Of a DNA stretch of 64,000 nt, positions 15,141-29,219 are shown in pieces (positions within the stretch are counted from its first letter, which is position 1; each line of letters opens with the position of its first letter). A model generated the notes under the pieces. That model searched no databases. It was not told the origin of the DNA and saw nothing but the letters and a program-made list of their open reading frames with translations. Origin of the DNA: Escherichia coli (GTDB taxonomy: Bacteria > Pseudomonadota > Gammaproteobacteria > Enterobacterales > Enterobacteriaceae); assembly GCF_003334405.1 (NCBI RefSeq), contig NZ_QOWM01000006.1; one strand, given 5' to 3'. The position numbers and the translations under genes were made by a program.

Positions 15141-18047
15141 TTACTGATGCGTTACAACGATCAAACGCAGGGCATCCAGACGCCAACCTGCCTGATCCAG
15201 GCTTTCCATTACCTGCTGACGGTTGCTCTCAATGGCGGTCAGTTCGTCGTCACGAATGTTCGGGTTCACTGCACGCAGAGCTTCCAGACGAGACAGCTCG
15301 GCAGACAGTTTTTCGTCGGCTTCGTTACGCGCTGCATCAATCAATGCACGGGCAGATTTCTCGATCTGCGCTTCACCCAGTTGAAGGATAGCGTGAACAT
15401 CCTGCTGCACGGCGTTAACCAGTTTGCTGCCGGTGTGACGGTTAACCGCGTTAAGCTGGCGGTTAAAGGTTTCAAACTCTACCTGCGCCGCCAGGTTGTT
15501 GCCGTTTTTATCCAGCAGCATACGTACCGGCGTCGGTGGCAGGAAGCGGTTGAGCTGCAACTGCTTCGGAGCCTGGGCTTCAACCACATAAATCAGTTCC
15601 ACCAACAGCGTACCTACCGGCAACGCTTTGTTTTTTAACAGTGAAATCGTGCTGCTACCGGTATCGCCAGAAAGGATCAGATCCAGACCGTTGCGGATCA
15701 GCGGATGCTCCCAGGTAATAAACTGTGCATCTTCACGCGCCAGCGCCACTTCACGATCAAAGGTGATGGTGATGCCATCTTCCGACAGGCCAGGGAAGTC
15801 CGGCACCAGCATATGATCGGACGGCGTCAGCACGATCATGTTGTCGCCGCGATCGTCCTGATTGATACCGATAATATCGAACAGGTTCATGGCGAAGGCG
15901 ATCAGGTTGGTATCGTCATCCTGCTCTTCAATGCTTTCTGCCAGTGCCTGGGCTTTTTCGCCACCGTTGGAGTGGATTTCCAGCAGGCGGTCACGACCCT
16001 GTTCCAGCTGTGCTTTCAGCGCTTCATGTTGCTCGCGGCAGTTTTTGATCAGATCGTCAAAGCCTTCGGTTTGATCCGGTGAAGCCAGATAGTTAATCAG
16101 ATCGTTGTATACGCTATCGTAAATAGTGCGTCCGGTCGGGCAGGTGTGCTCAAATGCATCCAGACCTTCGTGATACCAGCGCACCAGCACCGACTGAGCG
16201 GTTTTCTCCAGATAAGGCACATGGATCTGAATATCGTGCGCCTGGCCGATACGATCCAGACGACCAATACGCTGCTCCAGTAGATCCGGGTTGAATGGCA
16301 GGTCAAACATCACCATGTGGCTGGCGAACTGGAAGTTACGTCCTTCAGAACCGATTTCTGAGCACAGCAGTACCTGTGCGCCGGTGTCTTCTTCGGCAAA
16401 CCAGGCGGCAGCGCGGTCACGTTCGATAATCGACATACCTTCGTGGAACACCGCAGCGCGAATACCTTCACGTTCGCGCAGTACCTGCTCCAGTTGCAGC
16501 GCAGTGGCAGCTTTGGCGCAGATCACCAGCACTTTCTGAGAGCGATGGCTGGTCAGGTAGCCCATCAGCCACTCAACGCGCGGATCGAAGTTCCACCAGG
16601 TGGCGTTATCACCTTCAAATTCCTGATAAATACGCTCCGGGTAGAGCATATCGCGAGCACGATCTTCCGCACTTTTACGTGCGCCCATAATGCCGGAGAC
16701 TTTAATAGCCGTCTGATACTGCGTCGGTAGCGGCAGCTTAATGGTGTGCAGCTCGCGTTTCGGGAATCCTTTCACACCGTTACGCGTGTTACGGAACAGC
16801 ACGCGGCTGGTGCCGTGGCGATCCATCAGCATCGAAACCAGCTCCTGACGGGCGCTCTGGGCATCTTCGCTGTCGCTGTTTGCTGCCTGCAACAGCGGCT
16901 CGATATCCTGCTCGCCGATCATCTCGCCGAGCATGTTCAGTTCGTCATTGCTCAGTTTGTTACCTGCCAGCAGCATGGCAACGGCGTCCGCAACCGGACG
17001 ATAATTTTTCTGCTCTTCAACGAACTGCGCAAAATCGTGGAAACGGTTCGGGTCCAGCAGACGCAGACGGGCGAAGTGGCTTTCCATCCCCAGCTGTTCC
17101 GGGGTCGCGGTCAGCAGCAGAACGCCCGGCACGTGCTCTGCCAGTTGTTCAATGGCCTGATATTCACGGCTTGGCGCATCTTCGCTCCACACCAGGTGAT
17201 GCGCTTCATCGACCACCAGCAGGTCCCATTCGGCTTCACAGAGATGTTCCAGGCGCTGTTTGCTACGACGGGCAAAATCCAGCGAGCAAATCACCAGCTG
17301 TTCGGTGTCAAACGGGTTGTAAGCATCGTGCTGAGCTTCGGCATAACGCTCATCATCAAATAGCGCAAAGCGCAGGTTGAAACGGCGCAGCATTTCTACC
17401 AGCCACTGATGCTGTAAGGTTTCCGGGACGATAATTAGCACACGTTCAGCAGCGCCAGAGAGCAGTTGCTGATGCAGGATCATCCCGGCTTCAATGGTTT
17501 TCCCTAAACCCACTTCGTCAGCCAGCAGGACGCGCGGCGCGTGGCGGCGACCAACATCATGAGCGATGTTGAGCTGATGCGGGATCAGGCTGGTACGCTG
17601 ACCGCGCAGGCCGCTGTACGGCATACGGAACTGTTCGCTGGAATATTTACGCGCGCGATAACGCAGCGCAAAGCGGTCCATACGGTCAATCTGCCCGGCA
17701 AACAGACGGTCCTGCGGTTTGCTGAACACCAGTTTGCTATCAAGGAAAACTTCACGCAGGGCTACGCCGGACTCTTCAGTATCCAGGCGAGTACCGATAT
17801 AGGTCAGCAAGCCATTTTCTTCTTTTACTTCTTCGACTTGCATCTGCCAGCCGTCATGGCTGGTAATGGTATCACCAGGGTTGAACATCACGCGGGTCAC
17901 GGGGGAATCACTGCGTGCGTACAGACGGTTTTCACCAGTAGATGGGAAAAGTAAAGTGACAGTTCGCGCATCCACCGCGACAACGGTTCCAAGTCCCAAT
18001 TCGCTTTCTGTATCGCTGATCCAGCGTTGACCAAGTGTAAAAGGCAT
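15141..18047 (-). CDS. rapA: RNA polymerase-associated Swi2/Snf2 ATPase RapA (HepA)
   Basis: 968-aa ORF with DEVGLGKT Walker A and DEAH helicase motifs. Confidence 0.95.
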
Positions 18048-18211
18048 ATGTGTTCGGCTCTATATCTTTAATTGCAGGCAATAACCACCCGCTACCGTGC
18101 TTATGAGGTAGTGGTGTTATTCAGGTCCAGGAATGGAAAGGGCGCTATGGTACTGGATGGCAAAGCATTCGTCACGCATCAAAATGGTATCTGGCGAACT
18201 CTTTTTTTTGC

Positions 18212-20563
18212 TCAAAATAGCCCAAGTTGCCCGGTCATAAGTGTAGCAAAATTATCCTCAATAAAAGGGAGTATTCCCTCCGCCACGGGTTGTAGCTGGC
18301 GGGTCAGATAGTGTTCGTAATCCAGTGGTGAACGTTGGTAGTCCAGCGGCTCCGGGCCGTTGGTGGTCCATACGTACTTAATGGTGCCGCGATTCTGATA
18401 TTGCAAGGGGCGACCACGCTTTTGGTTTTCTTCATCGGCAAGGCGAGCGGCGCGTACATGAGGCGGCACATTACGCTGATACTCGCTCAGCGGACGGCGA
18501 AGGCGTTTACGGTAAACCAGTCGCGCATCCAGTTCACCCGCCATCAGTTTGTCGATGGTTTCGCGTACATATTCCTGATATGGCTCGTTGCGGAAGATGC
18601 GCAGGTATAGCTCCTGCTGAAACTGCTGGGCCAGCGGCGTCCAGTCGGTGCGCACGGTTTCCAGCCCTTTAAACACCATCCGCTGCTTGTCGCCCTCCTG
18701 AATCAGTCCGGCATAACGCTTTTTACTGCCGGTATCGGCTCCGCGAATGGTTGGCATCAGAAAACGGCAGAAATGGGTTTCATACTCCAGTTCTAATGCG
18801 CTGGTCAGCCGTTGTTTTTGCAGCGTTTCCGCCCACCAGGCGTTAACGTGCTGCACCAGTGCACGACCGATTTTCGCCGCTTCTTCTTCCGAATGTGCGC
18901 CTTTCAGCCAGACAAACGTTGAGTCGGTATCGCCGTAGATAACGTCGTAGCCCTGTGCTTCAATCAACGCTTTGGTTTGCCGCATGATCTGATGACCACG
19001 CATGGTGATCGACGATGCCAGCCGCGGATCGAAGAAGCGGCAGGCGGTGGTGCCGAGCACGCCATAAAAGGCATTCATGATGATTTTCAGCGCCTGCGAC
19101 AGCGGTTTGTTACCCTGGCGTTTGGCTTCATCGCGCCCGTGCCAGATGTTAGTCACAATCTCCGGCAGGCAATGTTTTTCTCGCGAGAACCAGGCATCGA
19201 GAAAACCTTCGGTACTGTGCTCTGGATCAGGCTGCGCCATGCCTTCCACCAGCCCGACGGGATCAATCAGAAAGGTGCGGATGATCGACGGGTACAGGCT
19301 TTTATAGTCCAGCACCAGCACTGAATCATAAAGCCCTGGCCGTGAATCCATCACGTAGCCGCCAGGGCTGGCGTGCGGCGGCACTTCGCCGAGATTAGGC
19401 GCGACATAACCAGCGCGATGCATTCGCGGAAAATAGAGATGACCAAATGCCGCCACCGAACCGCCGTGTCGGTCCACCGGCAGGCCGTTCACCGTTGCCC
19501 GTTCGAGTAAAAATGGCATGATTTCAGTTTTGTGGAAGATCTGCGTCACCAGCTCGCAATCTTTCAGGTTATAAGTTGCCAGCGCAGGTTTATCTTCGGC
19601 GAAACGGCGGTCAATTTCGTCCATTCGATCCCACGGGTTATCGATAGATTTTCCTTCGCCTAATAGCTCCTGAGCGACAGTTTCCAGCGAGAATGAAGAG
19701 AAATTCCAGAACGCGGATTTCAGCGCCTCGATACCGTCGATAATTAGCCGACCTTTAGCCTGGGCAAAAAAGACGCCGTTTTTAAAGCCGTGCTCGCGCC
19801 ACTCCAGCTCGCTATTATCGCGCCCAAGACGCAGCGGAAGACGGTAACGCTCGGCATGTTTTTGCAGCATTCGCAGATCGAACTGCACCACGTTCCAACC
19901 GATGATCACATCAGGATCGTAGTTGGCAAACCAGGCGTTGAGTTTTTCCAGCAACTGCGGGCGGCTGGCGACGTATTCCAGTTCGAAATCAAGCGAGGAG
20001 GCGTCGCCATTCTCCGGCCCCAGCATATAAACGATGCGCTGCCCGCAGCCTTCCAGGCCGATGCAGTACAGCTCACCGTGGCGGGTGGTTTCAATATCTA
20101 TAGAAACCCACTTGAGCGGCGGACGATAGTCGGGATGCGGTTTCAGACGGGCATTAACGATAGTGCCATTGTGCATATCACCCTCGACCCACACCGGTGA
20201 GGTGATAAACCGCTCCATCAGATAGCGTTCTGGCGGACGCACATCGGCCTCGTAGACGGTAACGCCACCTTCACGCAGGCGCTTTTCGTAATTCATCAAT
20301 TGGCGATGGGCGCGACAGTAAAGGCCATACACCGGCTGGCGGTGAAAATCCTTTAACGCCAGCGGTGTCAGGCGAAAGCCTTGTTCACCCTGCAAAATAT
20401 GCTGAGCGCGGGGAACCTGATCGGCGGGAATAAACGCCACGGACTCTTGCGGTGCAAGCGTAACCTGCAACGGCCCGTTGTCCGTCGCCAGCCAGAAGGA
20501 GACTTCTGTCCCTTGCGGGGTGTCCCGCCAGTGTCGGGTTAAGATAAAACCTGCCTGCGCCAC
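18212..20563 (-). CDS. polB: DNA polymerase II (family B)
   Basis: 783-aa ORF with B-family motifs (YGDTDS); GTG initiation codon. Confidence 0.95.
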   Translation of the reverse strand: MAQAGFILTRHWRDTPQGTEVSFWLATDNGPLQVTLAPQESVAFIPADQVPRAQHILQGEQGFRLTPLALKDFHRQPVYGLYCRAHRQLMNYEKRLREGGVTVYEADVRPPERYLMERFITSPVWVEGDMHNGTIVNARLKPHPDYRPPLKWVSIDIETTRHGELYCIGLEGCGQRIVYMLGPENGDASSLDFELEYVASRPQLLEKLNAWFANYDPDVIIGWNVVQFDLRMLQKHAERYRLPLRLGRDNSELEWREHGFKNGVFFAQAKGRLIIDGIEALKSAFWNFSSFSLETVAQELLGEGKSIDNPWDRMDEIDRRFAEDKPALATYNLKDCELVTQIFHKTEIMPFLLERATVNGLPVDRHGGSVAAFGHLYFPRMHRAGYVAPNLGEVPPHASPGGYVMDSRPGLYDSVLVLDYKSLYPSIIRTFLIDPVGLVEGMAQPDPEHSTEGFLDAWFSREKHCLPEIVTNIWHGRDEAKRQGNKPLSQALKIIMNAFYGVLGTTACRFFDPRLASSITMRGHQIMRQTKALIEAQGYDVIYGDTDSTFVWLKGAHSEEEAAKIGRALVQHVNAWWAETLQKQRLTSALELEYETHFCRFLMPTIRGADTGSKKRYAGLIQEGDKQRMVFKGLETVRTDWTPLAQQFQQELYLRIFRNEPYQEYVRETIDKLMAGELDARLVYRKRLRRPLSEYQRNVPPHVRAARLADEENQKRGRPLQYQNRGTIKYVWTTNGPEPLDYQRSPLDYEHYLTRQLQPVAEGILPFIEDNFATLMTGQLGLF

Positions 20564-20582
20564 GCTGAAAATCCATCAAAAA

Positions 20583-20607
20583 ACCAGGCTTGAGTATAGC
20601 CTGGTTT
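20583..20607 (-). terminator. terminator-like hairpin + U6 (candidate araBAD terminator) lying in the polB leader
   Basis: Minus strand aaccaggct-atactca-agcctggtt followed by TTTTTT; 16 nt upstream of polB GTG. Confidence 0.5.
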
Positions 20608-20618
20608 CGTTTGATTGG

Positions 20619-20634
20619 CTGTGGTTTTATACAG
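20619..20634 (-). promoter_or_regulatory. LexA (SOS) box of polB/dinA
   Basis: Minus strand CTGTATAAAACCACAG matches the CTGT-N8-ACAG consensus; sits between araD stop and polB start. Confidence 0.6.
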
Positions 20635-20637
20635 TCA

Positions 20638-21333
20638 TTACTGCCCGTAATATGCCTTCGCGCCATGCTTACGCAGATAGTGTTTATCCAGCAGCGTTTG
20701 CTGCATATCCGGTAACTGCGGCGCTAACTGACGGCAGAATATCCCCATATAAGCGACCTCTTCCAGCACGATGGCGTTATGCACCGCATCTTCGGCATTT
20801 TTGCCCCATGCAAACGGGCCGTGGGAATGGACCAGAACGCCGGGCATTTGCGCTGCATCGATACCCTGTTTTTCAAAGGTTTCTACGATGACGTTACCGG
20901 TTTCCCACTCATATTCGCCGTTGATTTCTGCGTCGGTCATTTTGCGGGTGCAGGGAATGGTGCCGTAGAAATAGTCGGCGTGGGTGGTGCCGGTTGCTGG
21001 AATCGACTGACCCGCCTGCGCCCAGATGGTGGCGTGGCGCGAGTGCGTATGCACAATGCCGCCAATGGAGGGGAATGCCTGATAGAGCAGCCGGTGAGTT
21101 GGCGTGTCGGAGGAGGGCTTTTTCGTACCTTCAACCACTTCACCGGTTTCGATGCTAACCACGACCATATCGTCAGCGGTCATGACGCTGTAATCGACGC
21201 CGGAAGGTTTGATCACAAAGACGCCGCGCTCGCGATCAACGGCGCTGACGTTGCCCCATGTGAGCGTGACCAGGTTGTGTTTTGGCAGCGCCAGGTTGGC
21301 TTCTAATACCTGGCGTTTGAGATCTTCTAACAT
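20638..21333 (-). CDS. araD: L-ribulose-5-phosphate 4-epimerase
   Basis: 231-aa [48 protein letters not shown]... class II aldolase/epimerase. Confidence 0.95.
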   Translation of the reverse strand: MLEDLKRQVLEANLALPKHNLVTLTWGNVSAVDRERGVFVIKPSGVDYSVMTADDMVVVSIETGEVVEGTKKPSSDTPTHRLLYQAFPSIGGIVHTHSRHATIWAQAGQSIPATGTTHADYFYGTIPCTRKMTDAEINGEYEWETGNVIVETFEKQGIDAAQMPGVLVHSHGPFAWGKNAEDAVHNAIVLEEVAYMGIFCRQLAPQLPDMQQTLLDKHYLRKHGAKAYYGQ

Positions 21334-21347
21334 GTTGACTCCTTCGT

Positions 21348-21530
21348 GCCGGATGCGCTTTGCTTATCCGGCCTACAAAATCGCAGCGTGTAGGCCTGAT
21401 AAGACGCGCCAGCGTCGCATCAGGCGTTGAATGCCGGATGCGCTTTGCTTATCCGGCCTACAAAATCGCAGCGTGTAGGCCAGATAAGACGCGTCAGCGT
21501 CGCATCAGGCGTTACATACCGGATGCGGCT
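21348..21530. repeat. BIME: two tandem ~85-bp units (each a pair of inverted REPs) plus a partial third REP
   Basis: Unit gccggatgcgctttgcttatccggcctacaaaatcgcagcgtgtaggcctgataagacgcgccagcgtcgcatcaggcgtt... repeated at 85-bp period. Confidence 0.75.
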
Positions 21531-21532
21531 AC

Positions 21533-23035
21533 TTAGCGACGAAACCCGTAATACACTTCGTTCCAGCGCAGCGCGTCTTTAAACGCTGGCAGGCGTGTGT
21601 CGTTATCAATCACCGTGATTTCAATGTCGTGCATCTCGGCGAATTGGCGCATATCGTTGAGGTTCAGTGCATGGCTGAAGACGGTATGGTGCGCGCCACC
21701 AGCGAGGATCCACGCTTCGGAAGCAGTTGGCAGATCCGGTTGCGCTTTCCACAGCGCATTCGCCACCGGCAGTTTCGGCAGGGAGTGCGGTGTTTTCACC
21801 GTGTCGATGCAGTTAACCAGTAGACGGTAACGATCGCCGAGATCAATCAAGCTGGCGACAATCGCTGGGCCGGTTTGGGTATTGAAGATCAGGCGGGCAG
21901 GATCGTCCTTACCACCAATACCGAGATGCTGAACGTCGAGGATCGGTTTCTCTTCTGCGGCGATCGACGGGCAGACTTCCAGCATATGGGAGCCGAGCAC
22001 CAGGTCATTACCTTTCTCGAAGTGATAGGTGTAGTCCTCCATAAAGGAGGTGCCGCCCTGCAGACCGGTTGACATCACCTTCATGATGCGAAGCAGGGCG
22101 GCAGTTTTCCAGTCGCCTTCGCCCGCAAAGCCGTAACCCTGCTGCATCAGACGCTGTACGGCCAGACCAGGAAGCTGTTTCAGACCGTGCAAATCTTCAA
22201 AGGTGGTGGTGAACGCGTGGAAGCCACCTTGTTCCAGGAAACGCTTCATCCCCAGCTCAATACGCGCCGCTTCCAGCACGTTCTGTCGTTTTTTGCCGTG
22301 GATTTGTGTGGCAGGCGTCATGGTGTAGCAGCTTTCGTACTCATCGACCAGCGCGTTAACATCGCCGTCGCTGATGGAGTTCACCACCTGCACCAGATCG
22401 CCAACCGCCCAGGTATTGACGGAGAAACCGAACTTGATCTGTGCGGCAACTTTATCGCCATCGGTGACCGCCACTTCACGCATGTTATCGCCAAATCGGC
22501 AGACTTTCAGATGACGGGTATCCTGTTTAGAGACCGCCTGACGCATCCAGGAGCCGATACGCTCATGGGCTTGTTTATCCTGCCAGTGACCGGTAACCAC
22601 GGCATGTTGCTGACGCATACGCGCGCCAATGAAGCCGAACTCGCGACCGCCATGTGCAGTCTGGTTCAGGTTCATAAAGTCCATATCGATACTGTCCCAC
22701 GGCAGCGCCGCGTTGAACTGGGTGTGGAATTGCAGCAACGGTTTGTTGAGCATGGTCAGGCCGTTGATCCACATTTTGGCCGGGGAGAAGGTGTGCAGCC
22801 ACACCACCAGACCAGCGCAACGATCGTCGTAATTCGCGTCGCGGCAAATAGCGGTGATTTCATCCGGCGTGGTGCCCAGCGGTTTCAACACCAGTTTGCA
22901 GGGCAGTTTCGCTTCCGTATTCAGCGCATTAACGACGTGCTCGGCATGTTGGGTGACCTGACGCAGGGTTTCCGGGCCATACAGATGCTGGCTGCCAATG
23001 ACAAACCACACTTCATAATTATCAAAAATCGTCAT
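21533..23035 (-). CDS. araA: L-arabinose isomerase
   Basis: 500-aa product [27 protein letters not shown]...; start trimmed from the 508-aa track ORF. Confidence 0.95.
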   Translation of the reverse strand: MTIFDNYEVWFVIGSQHLYGPETLRQVTQHAEHVVNALNTEAKLPCKLVLKPLGTTPDEITAICRDANYDDRCAGLVVWLHTFSPAKMWINGLTMLNKPLLQFHTQFNAALPWDSIDMDFMNLNQTAHGGREFGFIGARMRQQHAVVTGHWQDKQAHERIGSWMRQAVSKQDTRHLKVCRFGDNMREVAVTDGDKVAAQIKFGFSVNTWAVGDLVQVVNSISDGDVNALVDEYESCYTMTPATQIHGKKRQNVLEAARIELGMKRFLEQGGFHAFTTTFEDLHGLKQLPGLAVQRLMQQGYGFAGEGDWKTAALLRIMKVMSTGLQGGTSFMEDYTYHFEKGNDLVLGSHMLEVCPSIAAEEKPILDVQHLGIGGKDDPARLIFNTQTGPAIVASLIDLGDRYRLLVNCIDTVKTPHSLPKLPVANALWKAQPDLPTASEAWILAGGAHHTVFSHALNLNDMRQFAEMHDIEITVIDNDTRLPAFKDALRWNEVYYGFRR

Positions 23036-23045
23036 TATCGTGTCC

Positions 23046-24845
<1,800 letters not shown>

Positions 24846-24855
24846 TGGCATAGCA

Positions 24856-24935
24856 AAGTGTGACGCCGTGCAAATAATCAATGTGGACTTTTCTGCCGTG
24901 ATTATAGACACTTTTGTTACGCGTTTTTGTCATGG
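24856..24935. promoter_or_regulatory. CRP site / araO1 / araC promoter region (divergent ara control region)
   Basis: Position between araI and araC; contains tgtgacg...caaataatca CRP-like motif; boundaries approximate. Confidence 0.45.
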
Positions 24936-25040
24936 CTTTGGTCCCGCTTTGTTACAGAATGCTTTTAATAAGCGGGGTTACCGGTTGGGTTAGCGAGAAG
25001 AGCCAGTAAAAGACGCAGTGACGGCAATGTCTGATGCAAT

Positions 25041-25061
25041 ATGGACAATTGGTTTCTTCTC
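25041..25061. promoter_or_regulatory. araO2 AraC operator (DNA-looping site) in araC leader
   Basis: atggacaattggtttcttctc about 270-280 bp from the PBAD start region. Confidence 0.6.
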
Positions 25062-25084
25062 TGAATGGTGGGAGTATGAAAAGT

Positions 25085-25963
25085 ATGGCTGAAGCGCAAA
25101 ATGATCCCCTGCTGCCGGGATACTCGTTTAACGCCCATCTGGTGGCGGGTTTAACGCCGATTGAGGCCAACGGTTATCTCGATTTTTTTATCGACCGACC
25201 GCTGGGAATGAAAGGTTATATTCTCAATCTCACCATTCGCGGTCAGGGGGTGGTGAAAAATCAGGGACGAGAATTTGTCTGCCGACCGGGTGATATTTTG
25301 CTGTTCCCGCCAGGAGAGATTCATCACTACGGTCGTCATCCGGAGGCTCGCGAATGGTATCACCAGTGGGTTTACTTTCGTCCGCGCGCCTACTGGCATG
25401 AATGGCTTAACTGGCCGTCAATATTTGCCAATACGGGTTTCTTTCGCCCGGATGAAGCGCACCAGCCGCATTTCAGCGACCTGTTTGGGCAAATCATTAA
25501 CGCCGGGCAAGGGGAAGGGCGCTATTCGGAGCTGCTGGCGATAAATCTGCTTGAGCAATTGTTACTGCGGCGCATGGAAGCGATTAACGAGTCGCTCCAT
25601 CCACCGATGGATAATCGGGTACGCGAGGCTTGTCAGTACATCAGCGATCACCTGGCAGACAGCAATTTTGATATCGCCAGCGTCGCACAGCATGTTTGCT
25701 TGTCGCCGTCGCGTCTGTCACATCTTTTCCGCCAGCAGTTAGGGATTAGCGTCTTAAGCTGGCGCGAGGACCAACGCATTAGTCAGGCGAAGCTGCTTTT
25801 GAGCACTACCCGGATGCCTATCGCCACCGTCGGTCGCAATGTTGGTTTTGACGATCAACTCTATTTCTCGCGAGTATTTAAAAAATGCACCGGGGCCAGC
25901 CCGAGCGAGTTTCGTGCCGGTTGTGAAGAAAAAGTGAATGATGTAGCCGTCAAGTTGTCATAA
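25085..25963 (+). CDS. araC: arabinose operon regulator AraC
   Basis: 292-aa product [55 protein letters not shown]...; start trimmed from track ORF. Confidence 0.95.
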
Positions 25964-26048
25964 TTGGTAACGAATCAGACAATTGACGGCTTGACGGAGT
26001 AGCATAGGGTTTGCAGAATCCCTGCTTCGTCCATTTGACAGGCACATT

Positions 26049-26813
26049 ATGCAAGCATTGCTGGAACACTTTATTACCCAATCCACCGTGTATTCATTGA
26101 TGGCGGTGGTGTTGGTGGCCTTTCTGGAGTCGCTGGCGCTGGTCGGTTTGATTCTACCCGGTACGGTGCTGATGGCGGGGCTGGGAGCGCTGATTGGCAG
26201 CGGCGAGTTAAGTTTCTGGCACGCCTGGCTGGCAGGGATTATTGGCTGCTTGATGGGCGACTGGATTTCTTTCTGGTTGGGTTGGCGTTTTAAAAAGCCG
26301 TTGCATCGCTGGTCATTTCTGAAGAAAAACAAAGCACTACTTGATAAAACTGAACATGCGTTGCATCAACACAGCATGTTCACCATTCTGGTCGGTCGTT
26401 TTGTTGGCCCGACGCGTCCGCTGGTGCCAATGGTGGCGGGAATGCTGGATCTGCCGGTGGCTAAATTTATTACGCCGAATATTATCGGCTGCCTGCTGTG
26501 GCCGCCGTTTTACTTCCTGCCAGGGATTCTGGCGGGCGCGGCGATCGATATTCCTGCCGGAATGCAGAGCGGTGAGTTTAAATGGTTGCTGCTGGCAACA
26601 GCGGTGTTTTTGTGGGTTGGTGGCTGGCTGTGCTGGCGGTTATGGCGCAGCGGTAAAGCGACTGACCGTTTGAGTCATTATTTGTCCCGCGGTCGTTTGT
26701 TGTGGCTGACGCCGTTGATTTCTGCCATCGGCGTGGTGGCGCTGGTGGTGTTAATTCGCCACCCGTTGATGCCGGTGTATATCGATATTTTGCGTAAAGT
26801 GGTTGGGGTTTAG
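26049..26813 (+). CDS. yabI: DedA-family inner-membrane protein YabI
   Basis: 254-aa hydrophobic ORF, DedA/SNARE-associated family features. Confidence 0.85.
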   Translation: MQALLEHFITQSTVYSLMAVVLVAFLESLALVGLILPGTVLMAGLGALIGSGELSFWHAWLAGIIGCLMGDWISFWLGWRFKKPLHRWSFLKKNKALLDKTEHALHQHSMFTILVGRFVGPTRPLVPMVAGMLDLPVAKFITPNIIGCLLWPPFYFLPGILAGAAIDIPAGMQSGEFKWLLLATAVFLWVGGWLCWRLWRSGKATDRLSHYLSRGRLLWLTPLISAIGVVALVVLIRHPLMPVYIDILRKVVGV

Positions 26814-26833
26814 GAGATAGTCTTGTGCGGGTT

Positions 26834-26919
<86 letters not shown>

Positions 26920-26926
26920 GTGCATA

Positions 26927-27625
26927 CTAACCCGTAATCCCCAATAGTGCCGAAGCACTCGCCTTACCGCTCAACAACTCATTGGTCATACCCTGCCAGG
27001 CGATGCGCCCGTCGGCGACTACTACCGAGCGCGTGGCGATCCGCGCCGCATCTTCCACGCTGTGCGACACCATCAATAGCGTCATTTTTTGCTGCTGGCA
27101 GCTCGTGCTCACCAGCGTCAACATCTCCTGACGTAACGCCGGATCGAGCGCAGAGAACGGTTCATCGAGCAATAAAATCGGCTGTTCGCGTACCAGACAA
27201 CGCGCTAACGCCACTCGCTGTCGCTGACCGCCGGAAAGCTCGCCCGGTAACCGCGCCATTAAATTATCAATCCCCATCTGGCGGGCGATAGCGTGCATTT
27301 TCCCCTGCTGTACCGCGTTCAGTTTCAATCCCGGATTTAGCCCCAGCCCGATGTTCTGTGCGACCGTCAGGTGGCTGAACAGGTTGTTCTCCTGAAACAG
27401 CATCGACACCGGACGGCGTGACGGCGGCATAGTTGTGTGATCTACGCCATCGATAGTCAGCGAACCGCTGGCTGGCGTCAGAAAACCGGCGATCAAATTC
27501 AGCAGGGTACTTTTACCCGCGCCGCTTGGCCCGAGGATCGCCACCTGCTCGCCGCGTTCCACCGTTAAGCTAAAACGCATCGGCAAATGGTGGTAAAGCC
27601 AGGTGATATCAGTCAGTTTTAACAT
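26927..27625 (-). CDS. thiQ: thiamine ABC transporter ATP-binding protein
   Basis: 232-aa product [48 protein letters not shown]... Walker A and ABC signature LSGGQRQR. Confidence 0.92.
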   Translation of the reverse strand: MLKLTDITWLYHHLPMRFSLTVERGEQVAILGPSGAGKSTLLNLIAGFLTPASGSLTIDGVDHTTMPPSRRPVSMLFQENNLFSHLTVAQNIGLGLNPGLKLNAVQQGKMHAIARQMGIDNLMARLPGELSGGQRQRVALARCLVREQPILLLDEPFSALDPALRQEMLTLVSTSCQQQKMTLLMVSHSVEDAARIATRSVVVADGRIAWQGMTNELLSGKASASALLGITG

Positions 27626-29219
27626 TTCGCCCCGGTAGTTTTTCAATCACGGTAAACAGCAGAAAACAGAGCAGCAGCAGAATTAACGCGGTGACCGCAC
27701 CGTCCTGGCTGCGATAGGAGCCAATTTGCTGGTAGAGATAAAACGGCAGGGTGCGGAAATCATCGTTACCGAACAACGCCACCACGCCAAAATCACCAAT
27801 CGACAGCACGCATGCAAAGGCCAGCGCCTGCGCCAGTGGACGTTTCAGGGCGCGCAGCTCCACCACTTTTAAGCGTGACCAGCCTTCAATCCCCAGCGAC
27901 TGACATAACATGCTGTAGCGGGCGGTGATATCGCGCATCGGGTTTTCCAGCACTTTCAGCGCATAAGGGATCGCCATTAACGCATTGGTGAAAATCACAA
28001 TGCCGTCAGCAGATTGTGGCAGGCCGATAGTGTTGTTGAGCAGTAAAAAGAAGCCGGTAGCCAGCACAATCCCCGGCATGGCGAGGATCAACATGCCGCT
28101 CATCTCCAGCACCTGACCCGCCAGCATTTTCTGCCGCGCCCGCAGTTCGCGACTGCTCCATAGCAGCATCATGGTCAGCACTACGCACAATACACCTGCC
28201 GCCAGCGCAATACGCAACGAGGTCCACAGCGCCTGCCACAGCACCGGTTGTGCCAGCACTTCCGGCAACTGGCGATTTACCCCATCGACGATCACCGCCA
28301 GTAACGGTGGCAGCAACAGCAGCAGCGCCAGCACAATTAACACCGTGTCGCAAATGCGGCTATGCAGACGATCGTCCGGGTCGCGCCAGCCTTGCAGCAG
28401 CGTGGTGCCGGGCGCAATGGCCTTACTCAATCGCTGACTCAACAGCACCAGCCCGAGGCAGCACACCATCTGGAGCAGCGCCAGCATTGCCGCGCGGGCA
28501 GGATCGTAGTCGTAACTCAGCGCCTGATAGATTGCCAGCTCGATAGTGGTCGCCTGCGGACCGCCCCCCAGCGATAGCACGGTGGCGAAGCTGGCGAAAC
28601 AGAGCATAAAGATAAGCGCAGCAACCGGCGGGATTTGTCGCCGTAACCACGGCCATTCGACGAAGCGGAAAAAATGCCAGCTACGCATCCCAAGCTGGGC
28701 GGCAAGTTGACGCTGTTCGCCGGGGATGTTTTCCAGTGCCTGGAGTAATAAGCGGCTCGCCATCGGCAGATTAAAAAACACATGGGCCAGCAAAATACCT
28801 TGCAGGCCGTAGGGCGAAAAGGTCCACTCCAGACCGAGCGATTGGCAGAGTGTTGCCAGCCAGCCCTGGCGACCATAGACGCTAAGAATGCCGAAAACAG
28901 CGACCAACACCGGGAGGATCAAGGTCATTGCACACAGACGCAACAGCGCCAGCCGACCCGGAAAGCGCCTGCGATAGAGCGCGCGGGCGAGGAATATCGC
29001 GGGTATGACAGAGAGCAGTGCCGAGAGAAACGCCTGCCAGAAGGAGAAGCGCACCACATGCCACAGATAGCTGTCCTGCCAGACTGCCACCCAGTCATCC
29101 TGCGGCGCGTTCCACCACAGGGCGAGAAACGCCGCCAGCGCAACCGCTACCACCAGCGTGGTGGCGCTTACACCTGGAATTAACCAGCCGGGAATTAACG
29201 GCTGACGGCGCGTTGCCAT
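27609..29219 (-). CDS. thiP: thiamine ABC transporter permease
   Basis: 536-aa two-domain permease ORF; overlaps thiQ start and thiB stop. Confidence 0.92.
   Translation of the reverse strand: MATRRQPLIPGWLIPGVSATTLVVAVALAAFLALWWNAPQDDWVAVWQDSYLWHVVRFSFWQAFLSALLSVIPAIFLARALYRRRFPGRLALLRLCAMTLILPVLVAVFGILSVYGRQGWLATLCQSLGLEWTFSPYGLQGILLAHVFFNLPMASRLLLQALENIPGEQRQLAAQLGMRSWHFFRFVEWPWLRRQIPPVAALIFMLCFASFATVLSLGGGPQATTIELAIYQALSYDYDPARAAMLALLQMVCCLGLVLLSQRLSKAIAPGTTLLQGWRDPDDRLHSRICDTVLIVLALLLLLPPLLAVIVDGVNRQLPEVLAQPVLWQALWTSLRIALAAGVLCVVLTMMLLWSSRELRARQKMLAGQVLEMSGMLILAMPGIVLATGFFLLLNNTIGLPQSADGIVIFTNALMAIPYALKVLENPMRDITARYSMLCQSLGIEGWSRLKVVELRALKRPLAQALAFACVLSIGDFGVVALFGNDDFRTLPFYLYQQIGSYRSQDGAVTALILLLLCFLLFTVIEKLPGRNVKTD

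Noticed and set aside
15628-17954. Numerous 60-200-aa ORFs antisense to or frame-shifted within large genes (rapA, polB, lptD, araA/araB, thiP, leuA-leuC, dcw genes)
   Set aside because: They lie wholly inside strongly supported CDSs and have low-complexity, Arg/Ala/Pro-rich translations typical of off-frame reading of GC-rich coding DNA; no independent RBS or conservation signal.
21334-21532. Possible CRISPR-like repeat array in the araD-araA spacer
   Set aside because: Period is 85 bp with no unique spacers and the units match REP/BIME consensus; not a CRISPR array.
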